Of a stretch of 64,000 bases of DNA, positions 32,917 to 42,285 are shown piece after piece. The stretch lies in the NCBI GenBank assembly GCA_037927135.1, contig JAXSPP010000002.1:1-64000 (forward strand), written 5' to 3'. This DNA is from Candidatus Pampinifervens sinense. GTDB lineage: Bacteria; Aquificota; Aquificia; Aquificales; Aquificaceae. The notes beneath the pieces were generated by a model. That model searched no databases. It saw only the letters and a list, made by a program, of their open reading frames with translations, and had not been told where the DNA came from. The stretch's first letter is position 1. Each line of letters opens with the position of its first letter. The position numbers and the translations under genes are program-made.

Positions 32917-33363
32917 ATGAGGATAAAGGTAAAAAAACTTCCTCATGCAAAGGATCTACCTTTGCCCTTTTATGCCACAGAGCATTCTTCAGGCATGGAC
33001 CTGCTCGCTGCTGTGGAAGAGCCCATAGTTTTAAAGCCCATGGAAAGGGCATTAATTCCTACAGGCATAGCCATAGAGATACCACCGGGCTATGAAGCCC
33101 AGATAAGGCCAAGGAGCGGCCTTGCCATAAGGCACGGCATAACCCTTTTGAACACTCCTGGCACCATAGACGCAGACTACAGGGGGGAGATAAAGGTAAT
33201 TGTTATAAACCTTGGCAGTGAAGACTTTGTGATAAAAAGGGGAGACAGGATAGCCCAGATGGTCATATGTCCCGTGATTAAGGTGGAGCTAGAGGAAGTG
33301 GAAGATCTAAGCCCCACGGAAAGAGCCGATGGTGGCTTTGGCTCCACTGGGTATAATATTTAA
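32917..33363 (+). CDS. dut: dUTP diphosphatase
   Basis: [43 protein letters not shown]; start ATG 32917. Confidence 0.97.
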   Translation: MRIKVKKLPHAKDLPLPFYATEHSSGMDLLAAVEEPIVLKPMERALIPTGIAIEIPPGYEAQIRPRSGLAIRHGITLLNTPGTIDADYRGEIKVIVINLGSEDFVIKRGDRIAQMVICPVIKVELEEVEDLSPTERADGGFGSTGYNI

Positions 33364-33366
33364 GCC

Positions 33367-34554
33367 ATGGATCTTCACAGCCTATTTCTTTATCTTGCCA
33401 TAATCCTCTTCCTTGCACGCATCATAGGCGATACCTTCGGAAGGCTTGGATTTCCTCCCGTGCTTGGTGAGATACTGGTGGGCATCCTACTTGGCAAGAG
33501 CGCCTTAGGAATAATAGAGCCCAACGAGGTTTTAAGGCTATTGGCTGAGATAGGTGTAATCCTTTTGCTTTTTCATATAGGCTTGGAGGCAGACATAAAC
33601 CAGCTTAAAAAGGTTGGCCTTTCGGCCTTTGTGGTGGCCTTTGTGGGCGCCTCTACACCCATGCTCCTTGGAACCTTAGCAAGCTACTACCTTTTGGACC
33701 TTTCTTTGACTACCTCCCTCTTTCTGGGAGGCACTTTAACGGCCACAAGCATAGGCATAACGGTAAGGGTGCTTGACGACCTTGGAAAGATGAAGGAGAG
33801 GTTTGCCCAGATAGTTTTGGGAGCTGCTGTGCTTGACGATATATTCGGAGTGATAGTCTTGGCAGCCCTCTATGAGTTTTCAAAGGAGGGAATAGTTCAT
33901 TTTGATGCCCTTACCATGCTTGTACTATACATAACAACCTTCTTTATCCTTTCTCCCATCTTGGCCCAGATATTGGCAAGGGTTATAAAAATACTTTCCC
34001 AAAAGCTAAAAACGGAAGACTTTATACCACCAACCGTTATAGCCCTTGTCTTTCTTTTTGCCTTCCTTGCCCATGAGGTGGGCTCTCCAGAGATACTTGG
34101 AGCCTTTACGGCAGGCCTTGCCCTCTCAAGGCGCTTTGCCCTACCCTTTGCCATGTTTTTGAAAACCGATGAAAAAATGGCTCACAAGATAGAGCATACC
34201 ATAATGCCTTTAGTTTGGGTTTTGACACCCATCTTCTTCGTTTATGTAGGACTTCAGCTAAACCTAAAAGCCATTGATTTCACTTCACAAAAGTTCTGGA
34301 TGCTTTCCCTGCTTATACTGCTTATAGCCATAGTAGGAAAGGTTATCTCTGGCTTCTTTGTAAGAGGATCTATGAGGGAAAAACTTCTTATTGGCTTTTC
34401 TATGTTGCCTAGGGGAGAGGTGGGCCTTATCTTTGCAGAGTTTGGAAGGCAGATAGACCTCTACGATGATACCCTTTATGCGGTGGTCATCTTTGTGGTG
34501 GCCATCACCACCCTTATGGCTCCTATTGTGTTAAAGATGCTTGCTAGGGCATGA
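33367..34554 (+). CDS. CPA2 family cation:proton antiporter (NapA-like)
   Basis: PVLGEILVG, AEIGV.LLLF..GLE, ATSIGIT, AAVLDD, PRGEVG. Confidence 0.92.
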   Translation: MDLHSLFLYLAIILFLARIIGDTFGRLGFPPVLGEILVGILLGKSALGIIEPNEVLRLLAEIGVILLLFHIGLEADINQLKKVGLSAFVVAFVGASTPMLLGTLASYYLLDLSLTTSLFLGGTLTATSIGITVRVLDDLGKMKERFAQIVLGAAVLDDIFGVIVLAALYEFSKEGIVHFDALTMLVLYITTFFILSPILAQILARVIKILSQKLKTEDFIPPTVIALVFLFAFLAHEVGSPEILGAFTAGLALSRRFALPFAMFLKTDEKMAHKIEHTIMPLVWVLTPIFFVYVGLQLNLKAIDFTSQKFWMLSLLILLIAIVGKVISGFFVRGSMREKLLIGFSMLPRGEVGLIFAEFGRQIDLYDDTLYAVVIFVVAITTLMAPIVLKMLARA

Positions 34555-35555
34555 GGGTAGAAGACTTTGACTACCACCTGCCAGAGGAGCTAATAGCCAA
34601 GTATCCTGTTGTGCCAAGGCACAGCGCCAGGCTTATGGTTCTAAACAGAAGGGAACAAAGCATAAAGCACGACATCTTTTGGAACCTTCCCCTCTATTTA
34701 GAAGAAGGAGATCTTTTGGTCTTTAACAACTCAAAGGTCTTGCCCGCAAGGCTATACGGAAAGAAGCCCACCGGTGGGAAAGTGGAGGTGCTTCTGACAG
34801 ACTTTATCACAAAAGAAGAGTGGTATGCCCTGGTAGGTGGGAAGAATATAAAGGAGGGATTGCAGATATATGTGGGTGAGGATCTGATAGTGGAGGTGCT
34901 GGAGCATGTGGAGGGTGGCAAGTTTAAGGTAAGGCTCTTGTCGGAAGACCCCCTCAAAGCCCTTGACAAGCATGGCAAAATACCCATACCGCCCTACTTA
35001 AAGCGTGAGGAGGAGCCCATAGACAGGGTCTACTATCAAACGGTCTTTGCACAAGTGGAAGGCTCCGTGGCTGCGCCCACTGCAAGCCTCCACTTTTCAG
35101 AAGAGCTTTTAAAAAGGCTGGAAGAGTATGGGATTAAAAAAGCTTTTATAACCTTACATGTTTCCTATGGCACCTTCAAGCCGGTAAAGGTGGATGAGGT
35201 GGAGCTCCACAGGGTAGACCCAGAGTATGTAAAGGTGCCAAAAGAGACTATTGAGCTCATAAGGGAAACAAAGGAGAAGGGCAAAAAGGTAATAGCCGTG
35301 GGCACCACAGTGGTAAGGGCCTTGGAGACTGCCGGCTTTGAACCCTTTGAAGGCTGGACAGACCTTTACATATACCCAGGCTATTCTTTTAAGGTGGTGG
35401 ATGCCCTCATCACCAACTTTCACCTGCCAAGGTCTTCCCTCCTTTTCCTCGTTTGCGCCTTTGGAGGAAGGGAGTTTATTTTAAGGGCTTACCAGGATGC
35501 TATAAAGGAGAGATACAGGTTCTATAGTTATGGGGATGGGATGTTGATATTGTAA
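34551..35555 (+). CDS. queA: S-adenosylmethionine:tRNA ribosyltransferase-isomerase
   Basis: FDY.LPEELIA, PPYL.R, YQTVFA, AAPTA.LHF, VGTT.VRALE, TNFHLP.S, YRFYSYGD. Confidence 0.97.
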   Translation: MRVEDFDYHLPEELIAKYPVVPRHSARLMVLNRREQSIKHDIFWNLPLYLEEGDLLVFNNSKVLPARLYGKKPTGGKVEVLLTDFITKEEWYALVGGKNIKEGLQIYVGEDLIVEVLEHVEGGKFKVRLLSEDPLKALDKHGKIPIPPYLKREEEPIDRVYYQTVFAQVEGSVAAPTASLHFSEELLKRLEEYGIKKAFITLHVSYGTFKPVKVDEVELHRVDPEYVKVPKETIELIRETKEKGKKVIAVGTTVVRALETAGFEPFEGWTDLYIYPGYSFKVVDALITNFHLPRSSLLFLVCAFGGREFILRAYQDAIKERYRFYSYGDGMLIL

Positions 35556-35609
35556 AGAATAAACGGAGATTAATAAAATATTTTTTTTAGAAAATCAGAG
35601 AGCGCTAAC

Positions 35610-36773
35610 ATGATAGCCGTTGTGAGTATTTATGATGATGTTAACAGCATACTGAACGTGTATAACGATATGGTTTTAGATAGTGAGAGGTTTAAAAAGT
35701 TCAAAAAGGATATTGCTTCTTTTGGTTGTAGGCTTGTAAAATTGGGTGATAAGTATTACAAGATTTTGAAAAAGAAAAAAGCTGTAGGTCATGTGCATAT
35801 AGTATCCTATCCCTTTTGGCACTCTTTAGTAAAAGACTTTAGAGATTGGTTCAAAAATTGCTTCCTTGTTCGTGTGGAAGCCCAGAATTTTCCCATACCT
35901 GCCCCCACAGGAATCACGGATAGGGCTATCCTTACTTATGTAAAAGGTATGTATCTACTATTTCCAAACAGTAATGTAATGTATTTTGCTGGCGAGGGTT
36001 TGGAGTATGTTTATACTGAGGACACCTCAGGCTACGGTTTGCTTTTTATCCAAAGGTATGTTAAAATAGAATATAGGAGGGCTAGCATGAAACAAAAAGA
36101 AAATATACCTATAGAGGTTAAAAACTTAGGCTCAAAAGAGGCAGACAAGCTTGACTTTTCAAGAGAAGAGCTCTATAAACGCATGGACCCCTATCCTTTT
36201 ATGTCAAAAAGAGCTACCGAAGTTCCCGTATACCTGGTAAATCCAAAGCAGATGGATATAGTAAGCCCTCCGGAATATTCAAAGTGCATAGACGAGGAAG
36301 AAATAATCAAGTGGGTAGAAAAATGGATAAAGGAGATAGAAGATTACAAAATCCTTGATGAGGAAGCTATAAAGTCCTTAGCTGATGCCAGAGATATACA
36401 GGAATGTATGCGTGAATCTGAGGAATGTAATAAGGGGTTTGAGGCTGTAGGCTTGTATATAAGTGAAGAATTAGGTAAGCAAAAAGAACAAGAATTGCTT
36501 AATAATGCAGAAATCCCTCTTAATAATGTTTATATAAAATACCCATGCATCTTCATATGTCCAGAGAGGGTTATAGAACGTGCAAAGAAGTATGAAGTTG
36601 ATGTTAATTTATGCTTAGATATGGTTTATTATCATGAATTGGCTCATGCTGTAATGGATAGTAAGCGTAGGGGTATTAATTTAGGAGATGCTTGGGCAAA
36701 AGTTATAGAAGAAAGCTTGGCAAACTGGCTCTCATATAGCTGTTTTACTGGTATCTCTTTCAAAGAATTTTGA
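35610..36773 (+). CDS. hypothetical protein with C-terminal zincin-like HExxH motif; possibly two fused genes and 3'-truncated
   Basis: VYYHELAHAVMD...IEESLAN; internal AGGAGG (36075-36080) and in-frame ATG 36087. Confidence 0.6.
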   Translation: MIAVVSIYDDVNSILNVYNDMVLDSERFKKFKKDIASFGCRLVKLGDKYYKILKKKKAVGHVHIVSYPFWHSLVKDFRDWFKNCFLVRVEAQNFPIPAPTGITDRAILTYVKGMYLLFPNSNVMYFAGEGLEYVYTEDTSGYGLLFIQRYVKIEYRRASMKQKENIPIEVKNLGSKEADKLDFSREELYKRMDPYPFMSKRATEVPVYLVNPKQMDIVSPPEYSKCIDEEEIIKWVEKWIKEIEDYKILDEEAIKSLADARDIQECMRESEECNKGFEAVGLYISEELGKQKEQELLNNAEIPLNNVYIKYPCIFICPERVIERAKKYEVDVNLCLDMVYYHELAHAVMDSKRRGINLGDAWAKVIEESLANWLSYSCFTGISFKEF

Positions 36774-37686
36774 GCGAATTCAAATAAATTGGGGAGGAGG
36801 AGAGCTAAGTTTATTGGGGAAGGATATTTTCAGGAAGATAGTCAACACACATGCTTTCAAGGATAAGAAGTTTTACAACAAGTTATATAGCATGTTAGTT
36901 CCACATTTGGATAAGGAATGGCTTGAATTAATTCATAAGTTTGATAGCATGCAGATATCTATAGACAGTTATCGGAAAAGGAATTTTTACACACAAGAGT
37001 ATTTAGAAAAGATAAGGTCATTAAATTTAACAAAGAGCATTTCTTACACGCCTCACAAAGAAGACAGTAAAGAGTTTTTGAGGTATTGCTTTGAGGTTGC
37101 AAAAGGTATAAATGCGAGCGTTTTCCATTTAGGGGTGCTTTATACTAACAAGCCAGAAGAAATTGTGCCTGTAAGTAAGATGATAGAGCTGTTTTATTGG
37201 GCTTTGGAGTTGGCAGAAGAATATGAGATAGAATTAGGTTTTTGGGGAGGTGAAGTAGAAGGTTTTTACTATTTAGATGAGTGTGTAGGCTGGACAGCCT
37301 TTAACTGTTTTAACAATGGTTTTTATATAAGGTCGGATGGAAGCATGTCTTCTTGCACTATAATAGAGGAATATGCGAAAATGTTTATAAAGCCACAATC
37401 CGTAGACATAACCTTTCTTAGCAATGCGGATTATCACAAGGTAAAAGATATAAATACGGGTTTTATAAACACTGTTTTCTTAAAACCTCATCCTGATTGT
37501 TTAGAATGTAATTACTATCCTTTATGTAAGGGAGGATGCCCTTTCTTTAGATTTCTTGGCAGAGGGAAAGACATTTACTGTTCCTATTACAAGGTAATTC
37601 TTGATACACTGTTAAAAAGGGAAAGGAGAAGGCTACTGCCTTCCCCCTCAATTGGTTCAGAAAACAAAGCCCACTTGCAGTCCTAA
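36751..37686 (+). pseudogene. 5'-truncated radical SAM/SPASM protein
   Basis: Frame reads ...ERIQINWGGGELSLLG... and has SPASM cysteines (CFNNGFYIRSDGSMSSC; CLECNYYPLCKGGCP; DIYC). It is closed upstream by TAG 36706, with no CxxxCxxC and no ATG before the GGGE motif. Confidence 0.75.
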
Positions 37687-38460
37687 TCTTTCCTCCTTGC
37701 CATTGGAAGTAGTGTATCTACCTATATGGTCATAAAAGCTCTTATGTTCTCTTCTTTCATAGAAGACGCCTGCGGTGAGTAATTTCCACTTTATGCCTGC
37801 GGATACATTGTATCCTACCTTTTTACCCATATCCTTTTCTATTGAACCTATCCCAGCATAACTTTTATCAAGCTTTACCTTATTTTTCAGTGGAAGCAAA
37901 ACTTTGCCATCCAAATATAACATCTTGTATTCAAGCCTCATGCCTAAGCCAGTGTATAGATATTTGTAGTCGTCAGAGTATGAACCTTCAGTATCCTGCC
38001 ATTGATTTTGATCTTTATCAAACTCCTTAGCAAGATAGTCTACATTCATTTTCCTGAAAGAATAGCCAATAGGGATATATCCTGTTATGGCTACTCCCTT
38101 TAGATTTCCTTCAAAGCGGTCATATTTGTATCCCACTCTGCCTTCTCCTTGAAGTTCCACATGCTTGTATTTAGCTGAGGTATAGTAAAAGACAGAAGAT
38201 TCCACTTTTGCGTCTCCATCGCCCACATAATAAGCGGATAGGTCGCCCTCCAGTCTTACATTACCAAAGGAGTGCCCAAGTCCCATCTTCAATCCATAGA
38301 AGGTCCCATCGTATTTGACTTTACCTTCCTCTCCACTGTCTCTTCTGTAGTTTGCCTTTTGTTGAAAACTGCCCACAACTGGAGTAATGCTAAAATCCAG
38401 TGCGTTGGCTGTGCCAACTGATAAGGCAAACAAAGCTCCTACTGCCAAAGCCTTTTTCAT
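37657..38460 (-). CDS. outer-membrane beta-barrel protein
   Basis: GGAGGTG SD, signal peptide MKKALAVGALFALSVGTANA, amphipathic Gly/Tyr-rich strands, C-terminal GLQVGFVF. Confidence 0.8.
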   Translation of the reverse strand: MKKALAVGALFALSVGTANALDFSITPVVGSFQQKANYRRDSGEEGKVKYDGTFYGLKMGLGHSFGNVRLEGDLSAYYVGDGDAKVESSVFYYTSAKYKHVELQGEGRVGYKYDRFEGNLKGVAITGYIPIGYSFRKMNVDYLAKEFDKDQNQWQDTEGSYSDDYKYLYTGLGMRLEYKMLYLDGKVLLPLKNKVKLDKSYAGIGSIEKDMGKKVGYNVSAGIKWKLLTAGVFYERREHKSFYDHIGRYTTSNGKEERLGLQVGFVF

Positions 38461-38497
38461 CTTGCACCTCCTTTTAAAGAGTTTTGCATACATGTTT

Positions 38498-38526
38498 ACT
38501 ATAGCACAAAAACATATAATTGTCAA
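38498..38526 (-). promoter_or_regulatory. near-consensus sigma70 promoter of the OMP gene
   Basis: Minus strand TTGACA (38526-38521), 17-bp spacer, TATAGT (38503-38498) with extended TGn. Confidence 0.75.
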
Positions 38527-38554
38527 GTCTAAATTAAGCATATAATTTATAAGT

Positions 38555-38728
38555 ATGGCAAGGAAGGGATTATGGGTTAAGCGGGATTTGACAAGAATAA
38601 CCACGCATATTCCTACGGAGCTTTACGCCCTTTTAAAGGAAAAGGCAAAGTCTGAGGGCAAGACAATGTCTCTGGTAATAACTGAGATTTTGGAGAAAGA
38701 GCTTAGGCAAGTGCAATATAATAAATAG
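38555..38728 (+). CDS. 57-aa ribbon-helix-helix (CopG/Arc-like) DNA-binding protein (not in ORF track)
   Basis: MARKGLWVKRDLTRITTHIPTELYALLKEKAKSEGKTMSLVITEILEKELRQVQYNK: strand RITTHIP, helix, G-K-T turn, helix; TATAAT 8 nt upstream; ends 2 nt before the rSAM start. Confidence 0.75.
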   Translation: MARKGLWVKRDLTRITTHIPTELYALLKEKAKSEGKTMSLVITEILEKELRQVQYNK

Positions 38729-38730
38729 TT

Positions 38731-39990
38731 ATGAGGAGAACGTTTCTTTACCTGCGACTAACAAACAGATGCAATTTAAGATGCCCGCATTGTTATATTC
38801 CAGACTATAAAGGTGATATGTCCTTAGATATAGTAAAGAGGGCTTTTGAATATTTCTCAGATAGAGAGTTGACAGTAAGTTTACATGGAGGCGAGCCTAT
38901 CCTTGTGGGTAAGCGTGGTCTTTTCAACGTATTAGAGTTATTTAATAAACAGCGGAAGCATTCTGACACAATCTACATTCAAACCAATTTGCATTATGAT
39001 GTGGAGAGTTTTATAGATTTCTTTAAAACTTTGGACGGTGTAGGAACGTCAATGGATGAGGGCAGAGATAATAAGGTTTTGTATAAGAATATTGATAGAC
39101 TTTTAGAGGAAGGGATAGATATTCATGTTAATATTACGCTTACTGATGCGTATATTGACAGCGGAAAGTTTAGCGAGGATATAAAATTCATTGAGAGTAG
39201 AGGGGTAGGTTTTAGAATAGAACCTTATGTTTATGTTCCTGGTAAGATTTCCCTTTTCAATTACAGAAGGTATATGGAAATAGTGGATGAGTATATGAAG
39301 CATCCCCTTTATACTGCAAAGCATACAGTTTGCGGAGTAAACAAAGTAGTGATTGGCGGTAATTGTGCGAAAGACGGGCTAAGGGTTGTGGATGCAGATG
39401 GTGAGGTGTATATATGTCCTAATTTAGCAGGGTATAAGATGTTTTCCATAGGGAACATAATGGATGATAGTTTTAGCGATGATTTAAGGATAAATAAACT
39501 TGGCATGAAGATTTTTCATGAGAGGGCAAAACAGATAGTATTAAAGACGGATTGTGGTAATTGTCAGAATTTTGCTTGGTGTGAGGGCGGATGTGTAGCG
39601 AACAATATTTTCAAAAATTGGCACAAATTAAAGAGGGAAGAAGATTATATACTTGAAAAGAAGCCCTATTGTTTCATAGGATTGAAAAAAAATTCGCCTA
39701 TAGAATACAGGGGCTACATTCATATTTCAGAAGCCTTTCACAAGCTTTTGGAGTTTTTCTATAATCGTTATAAGAATTGGGTTCTATGGGAGCCCTGGGT
39801 GTATAAGCTTCTTTTTAATTACGACCTATCAACGCATATATTTGAAGCATGGAGCGGGGGAGATACCTATATATTACCTCTTAGTTTAAGGTTGAAAGGG
39901 GAGTCATTTAGATTTGGATACTGGCAACTCTATTCAAAGTTTTTGCTTTTGAGTATGTTAAAGGACAAGATCCGCACCTTTCTTAGTTAA
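38731..39990 (+). CDS. radical SAM/SPASM-domain protein
   Basis: LTNRCNLRCPHCY (CxxxCxxC), LHGGEP, IQTN; SPASM NC...VDADGEVYIC and CGNCQNFAWCEGGC...YC. Confidence 0.9.
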   Translation: MRRTFLYLRLTNRCNLRCPHCYIPDYKGDMSLDIVKRAFEYFSDRELTVSLHGGEPILVGKRGLFNVLELFNKQRKHSDTIYIQTNLHYDVESFIDFFKTLDGVGTSMDEGRDNKVLYKNIDRLLEEGIDIHVNITLTDAYIDSGKFSEDIKFIESRGVGFRIEPYVYVPGKISLFNYRRYMEIVDEYMKHPLYTAKHTVCGVNKVVIGGNCAKDGLRVVDADGEVYICPNLAGYKMFSIGNIMDDSFSDDLRINKLGMKIFHERAKQIVLKTDCGNCQNFAWCEGGCVANNIFKNWHKLKREEDYILEKKPYCFIGLKKNSPIEYRGYIHISEAFHKLLEFFYNRYKNWVLWEPWVYKLLFNYDLSTHIFEAWSGGDTYILPLSLRLKGESFRFGYWQLYSKFLLLSMLKDKIRTFLS

Positions 39991-40689
39991 TACTTCTGTA
40001 AACTTTTCTATAATCTCATCTTTATCTTCTGAATTAGATAAAACTCTTAGCCAATCGTCAAATTTATGAGGCGATGATATTACCTTATCAATCCCGGTCA
40101 TACTTAAAATTGATTTTGCTGTTTTACGCTTTATAAGCCTCTCTCCATCTATAATATACACCTTCTCCACTTTTTTAAAAACATCTATGTTAGCGTTTTC
40201 ACTCCTCAAAAGCTCCAAAATCTTACCCGCAGCACTATTGCTATCATTATACTTATCAAACAAAAGCACACCAAAAAGCATATCATAGTCATACCTTATT
40301 GAGTTTTCTATTAGATATTCCTCTAAACCTTCTATGTTTATTTCACACATATCCAAGTATGCTTTCAAAACCGGTTGAGGATGTTTATTTTTCATAAAAC
40401 ATCTTGTTCGTTCGCATAGTTGTATAAGTTCGCTTATAAACCGCCCATTGTTGGCTATATTGTCCGTTTTAAACCTCCAAACATAGCCCACAACCCAGCC
40501 CCTTTCCGCCTTAACTGCAAAATGACAAAATACTTCCTCCTCCTTATCATCCACTGGGCGAAAGCATACCATATACTCCCCTTTGCTCTCAACAGCTTCC
40601 AAAGCTCTTAGCCCTGCCGGTAGGCTATGTATTTGAGTGTCAAACCCCCTATTCTTAAAACCTTCCTCTAATCTATCCAATCCTCCCAT
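39958..40689 (-). CDS. hypothetical protein
   Basis: 243-aa ORF; TATAAT 7 nt before ATG; no recognised motif. Confidence 0.6.
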   Translation of the reverse strand: MGGLDRLEEGFKNRGFDTQIHSLPAGLRALEAVESKGEYMVCFRPVDDKEEEVFCHFAVKAERGWVVGYVWRFKTDNIANNGRFISELIQLCERTRCFMKNKHPQPVLKAYLDMCEINIEGLEEYLIENSIRYDYDMLFGVLLFDKYNDSNSAAGKILELLRSENANIDVFKKVEKVYIIDGERLIKRKTAKSILSMTGIDKVISSPHKFDDWLRVLSNSEDKDEIIEKFTEVLTKKGADLVL

Positions 40690-40704
40690 GTTATTAATTA
40701 TATG

Positions 40705-42285
40705 CTATTTTGCGTTAAGTTGTAAGTCCTCCACTATATCCACAAAAGCCTTTATCCTATTATACTGGGTAGCAACGCTTTGATAGTCTATAGGATTGGA
40801 CGAGGAAAAGCCAAAAAGGTTTGTATCAAAATCTATGGCTATGAAAATACGCGAATCTATAAAGGAAATTCTTATGCCCTTTGCCTTCATCCGCCTAAGC
40901 CTTTCCCAAAGGCTTACTATTCTCCGCATAAGTTCTGGAGAAAGTATGTGTCTTGATTCAATATGATCCTCTCCAAAGGTATTGAAAAGATTTTCAAAGG
41001 CAGGGTCCTCCAGCTTTATGCGTTTAAAGTTGTTTAAATTTATTTTTTCTCCCTTTGGTAGCAAAATTACTTTTTTAGTAAAGCTTTTGTTAAAATCCGC
41101 CATAAAAAATACACCACGAAAAACATCATACCATACCCTTTCTGTCCGTGTTACAGTTTCGGTCCGTGTATTTCCAAAGGCATCCGTATATGTGCGAGTT
41201 TCCGTATATGTGCGCACCTCTTCGTGTAAAGCATGCACTTGGCTAAATTCTATGGAAATAGCCCCCACTGTTCCGCTTATCAAGGCACTACCACTATACC
41301 TATTTATGCTTGGCTTTGTTATAAAAAGCATGCTTTCATTAACAACTTCAATGGGAATATAGTTATCAGGTTTATATTCTAAATTTGGCTCAATAAATTT
41401 AACTATCTTGTTCATAATGTTTGTAGTTTGTTCCTTAAACTCCTTTTCAAACCCACGGGATAATAACTTTATAATTATAAAGTAGGCTATTATACCCACT
41501 ATGAAAAACAAAATTGCAAATTCTGGTGAATATAAAAGTATGGTAAAACCGATAATGGCCAAATATGACAAAAGACCTATCTTCCACATGAATAGATTAT
41601 GCTTCTCACTTTTTCTTCTTTCTTCTAATGGTTCAACTATAAGCTTTAATTCTTTATTATAAAACTCTTCAAAAATCTTCTCATGTTTTTCATCCTTAAA
41701 AGTAATTTCCACATCCAGCTCTTCCTTTCTTACCTTAAACTCCTCCCTTATTTCATAAAGTTCGTATGGCTTAAAATTAAAAAGTTCAGCCGTTAAACTA
41801 TACCATGCGCTTTGCAACATTCCATTATATTTAGCCACCTTTTCGTTGTAATCTTCTACCAATGATGTGATGGCGCGCCTTGCGGCAAATAATTTATTTT
41901 TTATCTCATTTAACTCAAAGCTAAGCTCGGAAAAGTTTTCATTAGCTCCAAATGGTTGATTTTTATATACACTATCTATAAAATCTTCCAAAAGTTCTTG
42001 CATCTTTTTATACACCTTTAGCCTTTCTTGAATAATCTCTTGAAAAGGTATACCCTCTACAAAGGCTCTGTTTTTTAACTTTGACAATTGGTTTAATATG
42101 CTATCTCCACTAAAAGGTGGGATAATATTATGTAAGTTCATTAGCATACTGTCTGCCTCATATATAACCTTTTCTATGTCTGCCTTTATTGATGATATTT
42201 CTTTAACCCTTTCCTTAAGCCTTCTGTGGAATATCATGAAAAATAAAACAGCTATAAGCACTAAAGCTAATATCCAGTATTCTAT
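40705..42285 (-). CDS. LemA-like domain fused to DUF3137-like membrane protein
   Basis: LemA-like ANENF..L..EL......L.AARR...YN..V..YN...F.F.P; DUF3137-like FRG.F..ADFNK.F, LEDP.FE..F, R.ILSP.LM; start ATA 42285 (SD-supported) or GTG 42261. Confidence 0.7.
   Translation of the reverse strand: MEYWILALVLIAVLFFMIFHRRLKERVKEISSIKADIEKVIYEADSMLMNLHNIIPPFSGDSILNQLSKLKNRAFVEGIPFQEIIQERLKVYKKMQELLEDFIDSVYKNQPFGANENFSELSFELNEIKNKLFAARRAITSLVEDYNEKVAKYNGMLQSAWYSLTAELFNFKPYELYEIREEFKVRKEELDVEITFKDEKHEKIFEEFYNKELKLIVEPLEERRKSEKHNLFMWKIGLLSYLAIIGFTILLYSPEFAILFFIVGIIAYFIIIKLLSRGFEKEFKEQTTNIMNKIVKFIEPNLEYKPDNYIPIEVVNESMLFITKPSINRYSGSALISGTVGAISIEFSQVHALHEEVRTYTETRTYTDAFGNTRTETVTRTERVWYDVFRGVFFMADFNKSFTKKVILLPKGEKINLNNFKRIKLEDPAFENLFNTFGEDHIESRHILSPELMRRIVSLWERLRRMKAKGIRISFIDSRIFIAIDFDTNLFGFSSSNPIDYQSVATQYNRIKAFVDIVEDLQLNAK

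Noticed and set aside
41140-41220. Short direct repeat TCCGTATATGTGCG as a CRISPR or mobile repeat
   Set aside because: Only two copies, in frame inside a coding region
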